From an uncultured bacterium (GTDB lineage Bacteria > Hydrothermota > Tepidihabitantia > SM23-42 > JAOAFX01), in assembly GCA_964418185.1 (NCBI GenBank), contig CAYQKL010000004.1, positions 25,039-89,038 of the forward strand: a DNA stretch of 64,000 nucleotides, read 5' to 3'. The position numbers were made by a program, and so were the translations under genes. Below are positions 9,291 through 17,169 of the stretch, one piece after another. How positions within the stretch are numbered: position 1 is the first letter of the stretch; each line of letters opens with the position of its first letter. The notes under the pieces are model-generated. The model ran no database searches, had not been told where the DNA came from, and saw nothing but the letters and a program-made list of their open reading frames with translations.

Positions 9291-10703
9291 CTATTCAACC
9301 CTTAACAATTCTGCCATAGGGTCCCATAACGGTAGGTGGATCGGTTTTTGTTCAAAAATTTCCTTCACCTCCTTGGGCAAATATTTTACATTGATTATTG
9401 CCTCATAGACATAGTCATCAAACCAGTCATCATACATTGAATAAAGACCCTGTTCGCCTTCATCAGCACCATGGCTGTTTTCAACCAGCCATTTAATCGG
9501 CTTACCATCTTTGATGTCGACACCGAGTATTACCATTGCGTGATTTGATGCACTATATCTATAAAAGATCTTTGCTTCTTTGTCCATTTTGAATTCGGGC
9601 TGGAATAGGGCATCATAATTAAATATTTTTGAACTCAGTATACCCTTTTCCCGGTCATTGCTCTTACCGACATCGCAGGCAAACCAGACTGGTTCATTGT
9701 TTAGGATTGATTTCTTGATTACCTGCTTGATAACATCAATTGTGAGATTCGCACTCTTAGGGTCATCTGCATCAAAGATATTCCGACAGTTATCAAATTG
9801 GTAAAGTTGGTTAAATTCTCTGCCCGGGTAGTTTATGAGCGAGACAAAATTCTTAAGATCTTGTTCCACAGTTTCTCTATAGAATTCTAAGGGTGTGTAT
9901 TCTCTGGATTCATTAATTTTGCCTTCTTTATCTTCATAGCGCCAGATAAAATTCTCAGGTGGCTCAGTATAATTCATTACAAGGATCTTGTAGACATTTT
10001 TTAGAACCTTTAATTTAATAATTCTAAGGTCATTTTCATCTGCACCAGATTTCGTCATCTTTCTTATCATATCTGCAGCAGCAAGCACTTGTTCGTTTAT
10101 CAATCTATTCATTAACCAGGTATTGCTTGTTGGATGTGTTTCCGGATATATTTCTTTAGGCACAACTCCGTACTTTTCAACCAGTGCTACGAACCATTGC
10201 CAGTATCCACCGTCCTGCACGCCTTCGTCAAGAATTTCATCAAGTTCCCGGTCCATTATGTCACGGTCTCTGGTCTTTATGACAAACTCAAGAAGGAAAT
10301 TTGCCTTCTCCAATTTATCATAGAATGCAATATAGGACTGCGAGAATTCAAAGTTCTTAAGGTTGAATTTCTTTATGGCCTCAGGTCTTAAAACATTTAG
10401 ACCGGCAAATATCCAGCATCTACCACTATTCTTCTGATCTGTAATACCCTTTGTTTCAATTTTATTTGTGAAGAGACTATTGTGATTCATCACAAATTCC
10501 CGATTCAGGGCAATAGTGTGTAGATCATTATTCGTCAGGGCATTGATCAGCGCCGTATCAGTAGTGGTCAATCTGAGAGAAGATTTTAATTCAGTCAGTA
10601 TCGTGGTTGACAGTCCGGTCTCTTTAAGGTACTGCCCTCTGAGAAAAGAGATACACATTAAAGAGTAAAAGAGAAGTAATGCCCATTTATTCCTTGAATG
10701 CAT
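9291..10703 (-). CDS. pepC: Aminopeptidase C / bleomycin hydrolase (peptidase C1B), with signal peptide
   Basis: DQKNSGRCWIFAGLN (catalytic Cys), NHAMVILG (His), WLVENSHG (Asn). Confidence 0.9.
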   Translation of the reverse strand: MHSRNKWALLLFYSLMCISFLRGQYLKETGLSTTILTELKSSLRLTTTDTALINALTNNDLHTIALNREFVMNHNSLFTNKIETKGITDQKNSGRCWIFAGLNVLRPEAIKKFNLKNFEFSQSYIAFYDKLEKANFLLEFVIKTRDRDIMDRELDEILDEGVQDGGYWQWFVALVEKYGVVPKEIYPETHPTSNTWLMNRLINEQVLAAADMIRKMTKSGADENDLRIIKLKVLKNVYKILVMNYTEPPENFIWRYEDKEGKINESREYTPLEFYRETVEQDLKNFVSLINYPGREFNQLYQFDNCRNIFDADDPKSANLTIDVIKQVIKKSILNNEPVWFACDVGKSNDREKGILSSKIFNYDALFQPEFKMDKEAKIFYRYSASNHAMVILGVDIKDGKPIKWLVENSHGADEGEQGLYSMYDDWFDDYVYEAIINVKYLPKEVKEIFEQKPIHLPLWDPMAELLRVE

Positions 10704-10763
10704 AATACCTCCTAATTTTCAAAATTTCTGTAAGCGAAACGACTGAATGAAAACAAGAGCCCT

Positions 10764-11093
10764 TCAATCATCCACCCCGCAATGGGGTAAGTTGTAAAAT
10801 TTGATTCTTTTCTGAGACGCCTCAATTTTATTCAACCTTGTCTTTTCAATACGAGATAAAGAAATATTTTCAGCAATGGGATAATGGTGATTGCGATCTA
10901 CCCAGAGGGTATTAGTCTTTGAAGATCCGTATTTTATGGTCGGTGGAAAGGAATTATAGATTTTCGCCTCTATAGCAATTAATCTAATCTTGTCATTAGC
11001 AATCTCAACCTTGATCCCCGGAACTCCGTCATCCTTTAGCACGATGCCAAAGGCGACACTGATTGCTAATATCATAAGAAATGTTCTGATCAT
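10764..11093 (-). CDS. Hypothetical small secreted protein
   Basis: Signal-peptide-like MIRTFLMILAISVAFG; GGGGA SD-like sequence; own TTGACA-16-TATAGT promoter; no recognisable domain. Confidence 0.5.
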   Translation of the reverse strand: MIRTFLMILAISVAFGIVLKDDGVPGIKVEIANDKIRLIAIEAKIYNSFPPTIKYGSSKTNTLWVDRNHHYPIAENISLSRIEKTRLNKIEASQKRIKFYNLPHCGVDD

Positions 11094-11157
11094 ATAGTCC
11101 CCTTTGCACTTACGACTATACTTTAAGGACTTATGCTGTCAAAGTCAGTAGCAAAGA

Positions 11158-12192
11158 TTATCCGATTTCTTTTCCCAGAGCTTCAATTACAGTTTTGATA
11201 TCATCTTTTGTTATTCCGTAGTGTGTGACCATTCTGAATCTATTTGGGCCTGTACTCAGAAACCTTATACCCTTGGTCTCTGTCTTTCTCAGAAGTTCGT
11301 CTGCACTGATTTTTTTGCTCTCAAGGTCAAAGTAGATTATATTCGTCTTCACTTTCTTGAGGTCAATAAATAACCCCGAAATCTTACTTATACCTTCAGC
11401 GAGCATCCTTGCATTATCGTGGTCTTCTTTTAATCTATCAATCATATCTTCAATTGCTACAATCCCGGCTGCAGCGATAATTCCTGCCTGTCTCATACCA
11501 CCGCCGAGCATCTTTCTATATCTTCTTGCTTCAGCAATAAATTCCTTGTTGCTACAGATGACTGAACCGACCGGCGCAGACAAGCCCTTCGAAAGGCAGA
11601 AACTCAAGGAGTCAACATTCTTTGTCAGTTCTTTAACATCTATTTGCAGGGCAACTGCAGCATTGAAGATACGGGCTCCATCAAGATGAACTCTTAGATG
11701 ATGTTTATGGGCAAGTTCGCATACTGCATTCGTATATTCTGCAGTCAATGGCGACCCAAAACAACGATTGTGTGTATTCTCAATCACAACAAGTTTTGTG
11801 CGTGGATAATGGATATTATCACCTCTGATTGCGGACCGGATATCTACCAGATTCATCGTGCCGTCTTCTTGATTTAATATTGTATGAGGATGTATTCCGC
11901 CGAGGGCTGATATGGCACCTACTTCATTCAAGAATGTGTGTGATAGATTTCCAAGGATGACCTCGTCACCACGATTGCAGTGGGTGAGGATAGAAACGAG
12001 ATTTCCCTGAGTACCGCTCGAAACAAGCAGCCCTGCCTCTTTGCCCACAATTTCTGCTGCCATTTTTTCAAATCTGTTCACTGTTGGGTCTTCTATGAAT
12101 ACATCATCACCCAATTCTGCATTATAGATGGCCTCACGCATTCTATCTGTGGGCAATGTTACAGTATCGCTCCTCAAATCAATTATTTTCAT
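11158..12192 (-). CDS. ltaE: Low-specificity L-threonine aldolase
   Basis: IDLRSDTVT, SGTQGN, ENTHN, HLDGARIFNA, CLSKGLSAPVGS (PLP lysine), GGGMRQAG. Confidence 0.95.
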   Translation of the reverse strand: MKIIDLRSDTVTLPTDRMREAIYNAELGDDVFIEDPTVNRFEKMAAEIVGKEAGLLVSSGTQGNLVSILTHCNRGDEVILGNLSHTFLNEVGAISALGGIHPHTILNQEDGTMNLVDIRSAIRGDNIHYPRTKLVVIENTHNRCFGSPLTAEYTNAVCELAHKHHLRVHLDGARIFNAAVALQIDVKELTKNVDSLSFCLSKGLSAPVGSVICSNKEFIAEARRYRKMLGGGMRQAGIIAAAGIVAIEDMIDRLKEDHDNARMLAEGISKISGLFIDLKKVKTNIIYFDLESKKISADELLRKTETKGIRFLSTGPNRFRMVTHYGITKDDIKTVIEALGKEIG

Positions 12193-12207
12193 CTTTTTCC
12201 CCGCTTC

Positions 12208-13614
12208 TCACTTTCCTTCTCTTCCTGTCCAGCAATAAGTGCACAGCTTATTTTCAGGTAAACCGGTTGCTGAAATCATATCTTCAAGTTTTTGATACCT
12301 TAAGGAAGTAATATTCAGGTCTTTTTCCATTGCCCTCAACATCTTTTTGTATTCTTTTGAATCTGGTTCAAGGTATGGTCCTACAGACTTTAGATGTCTG
12401 CCAAACATTTGCTTCAGAATTCTGCGGGCGAATAGTTCATCAAGAGTTCTTGTGGAAAATAAGAATTTACAAGGAAACATTAATGCCGGGCAGGCAGGTC
12501 TGATATGAACCTCTTTTGCACCAGCCTTCCATAGCTTCACGAGAAGAAAATTCTTCAGTTGTGTACCCCGCACAATAGAATCTTCGGTGACGATTATTTT
12601 CTTTCTTTTTATCAATGATTCAACTGTTATCTGTTTCATCATAGCGATCAAATTGCGTGCCTGTTGTGAAGGTGGTACATAACTCCTTGCCCACCCAGGA
12701 GTATATTTTAGAAGCGGGATTCTGACCGGCACACCTGATTCATAAGAATATCCAAATGCGTAGGCAGTGCCCGAATCCGCAATGCCAGCAACCATATCAA
12801 CTTTAACATCATCACTCCGGGCAATCAATCTCCCGGAATCTTCGCGGAATTCTTCAACATTCTTGCCTTCGTATTCAGAAGCAGGGAATCCAGTATAAAC
12901 AAACAAGAATGTGCATAGTCTCATGTCATCCTGTGGTTTCTTAAGCTGTTTTGTTGTGTTTTTAGATAATAATAGAATCTCTCCAGGTCCAAGAAATTTT
13001 CTGGTTTTGAATCCTAAATTCTTATATGAACAAGTTTCCGAGACAACAATCTTGCTGCCATTTCCTTCGGCGAGAACAAGCGGTGTCCTACCGAATTTAT
13101 CACGAACCGCATAGATTCCTTCTCTGCCAAGTAACAGAAGGGACATTGAACCTTGAATCTGGCTGAACATATATTCAATGCCGTCAATCAAATCCTTACC
13201 TTTATTAATTAGTTTGGCGACGAGTTCAATCTGATTTACCTGGTTGTCGTAGATTTCAGAGAATTCTGTACCTTCCCGGATAAGTCTACTGGCAAGTTCA
13301 TTCTGATTATCAATATAACCAGTTCCACAAATCGCATACTCGCCAAATTTAAGTCTAATAATCAAGGGTTGTGTATCCCGGTCACTGATAACACCAAGCC
13401 CAGCATTCCCCTGCATATTCAGAAAATCTATGTCGTCGTAGAACCTTGACTTAAATTGTGCCTTGGTAATGCTGTGAATCTTTTTGGTAATCTTGTGGCC
13501 ATCATAGATAGCAATTCCGCCATATTCTGTACCAAGGTGAGAATGGTAATCAGTTGCATAGAAAAGGTCTTCTTTACAATCTTTTTTTGAAATTATCCCA
13601 ACAATACCACTCAT
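12208..13614 (-). CDS. purF: Amidophosphoribosyltransferase-like protein lacking the catalytic Cys1
   Basis: PRTase motif EDSIVRGTQL; Fe-S ligands CTF, CPALMFPC, CTYCW; N-terminus MSGIVG instead of MCGIVG. Confidence 0.8.
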   Translation of the reverse strand: MSGIVGIISKKDCKEDLFYATDYHSHLGTEYGGIAIYDGHKITKKIHSITKAQFKSRFYDDIDFLNMQGNAGLGVISDRDTQPLIIRLKFGEYAICGTGYIDNQNELASRLIREGTEFSEIYDNQVNQIELVAKLINKGKDLIDGIEYMFSQIQGSMSLLLLGREGIYAVRDKFGRTPLVLAEGNGSKIVVSETCSYKNLGFKTRKFLGPGEILLLSKNTTKQLKKPQDDMRLCTFLFVYTGFPASEYEGKNVEEFREDSGRLIARSDDVKVDMVAGIADSGTAYAFGYSYESGVPVRIPLLKYTPGWARSYVPPSQQARNLIAMMKQITVESLIKRKKIIVTEDSIVRGTQLKNFLLVKLWKAGAKEVHIRPACPALMFPCKFLFSTRTLDELFARRILKQMFGRHLKSVGPYLEPDSKEYKKMLRAMEKDLNITSLRYQKLEDMISATGLPENKLCTYCWTGREGK

Positions 13615-13691
13615 ATTATTCTCCTGATAAGACTATAAACTATCTTCATAGTCTTATTATATCCAAAGAAGCCGATATTTCAAGATGAGAC

Positions 13692-14477
13692 CTAACGAAA
13701 ATAGAGGTCTTCACGCCGCTGTCTAAATATGTCATTGTGAGGTGTGACATTTTTATCAAGGGCAAGAATAGGTTCAATCTCTATCACTTTTACACACTCT
13801 TCGTCACCAACCCGTGCCAGGATTTCACCATTTGGTGCCACAATTTGACTCTTGCCGATGAAATTCAATTTCCTGGTATGCCGGTCTTCGTAGCCGGTCC
13901 TGTCAGCCAGTACGGTAAATATGCGGTTTTCCAGCGCTCTTGTTACCATTGCATCAGGGCAGAAATGCAGGACCAGATTTGCAGGCAATAGGACAATCTG
14001 GGCACCTTTTAAGGCAAGTGTCCGCATCGCCTCAGGGAAGATATAGTCAAAGCAGATGAGCATTCCAATCTTCGTTTTTTGATATTCATAGACTTCATAG
14101 GCAAGATTACCGGGCGTGAATATGAACAATTCTTCAAAGAATAGATGGGTCTTGCGGTAGAGGCCGATGACACCTCCGGGTGACATCAAAATGGCTGAGT
14201 TGTATAAGTTTTCTCCCTCCTTTTCAGCAAAGCCATAGGCGATTGCACAACTTTTCTTACGGCACAAGTCTGCTATGAAATTATTGGTTTCGCCGTTCTT
14301 CGCGGATTCAGCAAGATTCCTGAGTTCTTCTTTACTCTGAAACAAATAGCCGGTATTGAATAGTTCGGGCAAGACAATCAAGTCCGCGGTGATCCCGTCA
14401 AGTAACCTAATTACTCGTTCAAAATTTTTCTCTTTTTCGCCAAAGACCGGGCTGAACTGCAAAAATCCAATCTTCAC
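13692..14477 (-). CDS. Carbon-nitrogen hydrolase (nitrilase superfamily)
   Basis: E-K-C triad: LPELFNTGY, YRKTHL, ICFDY. Confidence 0.9.
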   Translation of the reverse strand: MKIGFLQFSPVFGEKEKNFERVIRLLDGITADLIVLPELFNTGYLFQSKEELRNLAESAKNGETNNFIADLCRKKSCAIAYGFAEKEGENLYNSAILMSPGGVIGLYRKTHLFFEELFIFTPGNLAYEVYEYQKTKIGMLICFDYIFPEAMRTLALKGAQIVLLPANLVLHFCPDAMVTRALENRIFTVLADRTGYEDRHTRKLNFIGKSQIVAPNGEILARVGDEECVKVIEIEPILALDKNVTPHNDIFRQRREDLYFR

Positions 14478-14899
14478 AAATATTTCTGTATTGCCTTCAG
14501 ACGCGCACCCGAAAGTATTTTGAAAAATGATATGACCTGTAAAATTTGACCATCCTGCTTGATGATTCCCTTCAAATAATCCCTTGCCTGGGCAAATTCT
14601 GGATAAGGAAAGATCGCTTCAGTACTCACAATGTTAAGAATCTTTTCAACCTTGAATCCGAAAATTTCATGATGCATCTCACTCAGGATTATCTCAAAAT
14701 CATTATCTGTCTCAATCTCCAGGAATAAGGGAAGGTTAAATACACAGATTCTTCTGCCCCGAAGGTCAAAAAAACCTGTGATATTTTTTGGTAATTCTCT
14801 TGCTGTGATAAGATTCTTTGTCCGGGCAATCTCTTTGACCTCTTCTATTGCCGTGGCAAATTTAGCTCTGCCAATTTGGTAGCATAGAAAATAATTCAT
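14474..14899 (-). CDS. cheW: CheW-like coupling protein
   Basis: ITGFFDLRGRRICVFNL..FL and FGFKVEKI patterns; adjacent to an MCP gene. Confidence 0.75.
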   Translation of the reverse strand: MNYFLCYQIGRAKFATAIEEVKEIARTKNLITARELPKNITGFFDLRGRRICVFNLPLFLEIETDNDFEIILSEMHHEIFGFKVEKILNIVSTEAIFPYPEFAQARDYLKGIIKQDGQILQVISFFKILSGARLKAIQKYL

Positions 14900-16461
14900 T
14901 TTTTTTCTTTAACAATGTCATTAAGTTTGGTCACAATCTGTGAAAGCAGTTGCGCAGTTGAGGTAAATTGTTCCATTGAGGCAGTCTGTTCTTCAACTGC
15001 GGCTGAGACCTCTTCGGTAGCAGCTGCTGTGTCAGCCGCAACCTGAGCCACCTGTTCAACTTTTTTAACCAGTTCTTTGGTATTATTTAGTTGATTGCTT
15101 GCGGCTTCGTTTATCCGTCCGATCATATCGGTCACCAATCCAACTGCCTTGACAATACCAGTGAATTCTTCTTCAGTTTGACTTGCCGAAAGATTTGCTT
15201 CATCAATCTTTTCCCTTTCCAGATTCAGAAGACTTCCGAGTTCCTGGGCTGTCTTGTTTATTTCTATTATTAGATTTTCAACGGTGGTTGATGAACGCTG
15301 AGTTTCGTTTGCAAGATTACGGATCTCATCCGCAACCACAGCAAACCCCTTTCCCTGTTCACCGACGCGTGCAGCTTCTATTGCAGCATTTAAAGCAAGC
15401 AGGTCAGTCTGTTCGGTTATGCCCTGGATTATGTCAACGATCTTTTTAATCTCTGTTGTCTGCGTGCGCAATTCCGCCATTTTGTCTTCAATAAATTTTG
15501 TCTGATCAAAGATTTCTTTAAGGATCTTCGCTTGGTGAACAGAGAATTCCATTCCTTTTTTGGCTGAGTCAGTTGTCCGACGGGATGAAACATTGGCCAT
15601 TTTTACCTGCGATGAGATTGAGGTCGTTAGGTTATCAAGTTCTTCTATTGAACGGGCAATGATAGTGATTGCCTCAGATTGATCCTGGGCACCCTTGGCA
15701 ATGTGCTGAACTGTTGATGAAACCTCTTCAAGTGACGCATTCATTTCTTCGGATGCAGAGGAAAGGTCTTCGGCTGAGCTTCTTATATTCTGACTAAGGG
15801 TTCCGATTTCATTGAGTGAATTGGTTGTTTTCGCAAAAAAAACTGCACAAAAGTCATAGAGTTTTCTCAACATCGGGATGCAATTTAGATAGTTTATGTC
15901 AGCAGATCTCTCGGTGATAGATACTAACAGGCGCTTGAGCAGGGAGTTGAAAGAAAAAGCGACCACCAGACCGACGATGAGTGAGATAAGAAGGAGCAAG
16001 ACATTGACCATAATTGTAAGATTAATGGGCAGGGACAAGGCAAGGTTTAATACATACGATGATAAAGCAAAGAACGAAATGGTCATTTCAATGACAATAC
16101 CGAATCCGGTTTCTTCTCCGGATGGATTGAGGATTTTTTTCAAATGGTACATAGTGATTGCGACAAGCATACCAGTGATCAAACCGTAAATAATGAGCCA
16201 GGATAATATTTCGCTGTCACTTTGGTAGATAAATCCTGGCACGATAAAGGCGAGAAGTGTTGAAAAGAAGAACAACAGGAAGATTATCTTTGCAGAATAT
16301 TTAAAACCCGAAATCAGATTGTAGAGAAGGACGACAGCGATAATGAGCAGATAACCAATATAATTTCCCTGGATTAAAAACACTTCACGAGCAACCGGCA
16401 GAAAGAGGAATCCCTGTATCAGAAAACCAAAAACAGAGAGCAAATTTCTATTTATCTTCAT
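14896..16461 (-). CDS. Methyl-accepting chemotaxis protein with multi-TM N-terminus
   Basis: Hairpin tip QTDLLALNAAIEAARVGEQGKGFAVVADEIRNLA; methylation-type EE pairs; about 6 N-terminal TM segments. Confidence 0.95.
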   Translation of the reverse strand: MKINRNLLSVFGFLIQGFLFLPVAREVFLIQGNYIGYLLIIAVVLLYNLISGFKYSAKIIFLLFFFSTLLAFIVPGFIYQSDSEILSWLIIYGLITGMLVAITMYHLKKILNPSGEETGFGIVIEMTISFFALSSYVLNLALSLPINLTIMVNVLLLLISLIVGLVVAFSFNSLLKRLLVSITERSADINYLNCIPMLRKLYDFCAVFFAKTTNSLNEIGTLSQNIRSSAEDLSSASEEMNASLEEVSSTVQHIAKGAQDQSEAITIIARSIEELDNLTTSISSQVKMANVSSRRTTDSAKKGMEFSVHQAKILKEIFDQTKFIEDKMAELRTQTTEIKKIVDIIQGITEQTDLLALNAAIEAARVGEQGKGFAVVADEIRNLANETQRSSTTVENLIIEINKTAQELGSLLNLEREKIDEANLSASQTEEEFTGIVKAVGLVTDMIGRINEAASNQLNNTKELVKKVEQVAQVAADTAAATEEVSAAVEEQTASMEQFTSTAQLLSQIVTKLNDIVKEKK

Positions 16462-17011
16462 TCCTGGACCTCCGTTCAGATAGGATTTCTAATGCCTGAT
16501 TTAGTTTCAAAACACCGATGAGCCGATTCTTATATTCTAAAATTCCCTCAAGAAATTTTTGTTCTTCTGGGCTATAGCAATCAGGCAGAGAAAAGAACTG
16601 CATTTCAGTGGATTTCACAATCTCAATTTCTGAGTCTATCAAAAAACCTGTTTTGACATTGTCCTTTTGAATTATTATACAGACCTGGGAGTCATTTGTC
16701 CCGGGGTTCAAACTGAGAAGGTTTCTTAGATTAACGACAGGAATGGATTCTCCTCTCAAGTTTGTTACCCCTTCAAAGAAAAAAGGCAGATGGGTAACAG
16801 TCGTTATCTCAAAGTCGTGGAGTATCTCAAAGATTGATCCCATATCGACACAATACCATTCGTTTCCTACGGCAAATATGGCAAACCCTTTTTCCTGGAT
16901 AGGAGTAGATTTATCGATAGTCCGAACCGATCCTTCTGTGGTCTCTTGAGTAGATGCAAAGGCAATTTCTCTGGGGTTATTTTTTCTAACGTTTTTTGAT
17001 TTTATCGGCAT
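16448..17011 (-). CDS. cheW: CheW coupling protein
   Basis: FAVGNEWYCVD, VTHLP.FFEGVTNLRGESIPVVNLR, GFLID. Confidence 0.9.
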   Translation of the reverse strand: MPIKSKNVRKNNPREIAFASTQETTEGSVRTIDKSTPIQEKGFAIFAVGNEWYCVDMGSIFEILHDFEITTVTHLPFFFEGVTNLRGESIPVVNLRNLLSLNPGTNDSQVCIIIQKDNVKTGFLIDSEIEIVKSTEMQFFSLPDCYSPEEQKFLEGILEYKNRLIGVLKLNQALEILSERRSRNEDK

Positions 17012-17135
17012 TTTGCCATCCTTTTCAAAAGTGGATCAGCAGTCAAGATTGGGTCTTTAAGAATCATATCTTAATTATCTTTAAATTTGTCCTCGTGTCA
17101 AGAGAAAGATTTGTTGAACGCTCTCTACTTTCTCC

Positions 17136-17163
17136 TTGACATTTAAGTATGTTTAAGTATAAT
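17136..17163 (+). promoter_or_regulatory. sigma70-type promoter TTGACA-16-TATAAT
   Basis: Perfect consensus hexamers; ATG of the HD-GYP gene follows 6 nt after the -10. Confidence 0.8.
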
Positions 17164-17169
17164 GGCAGA

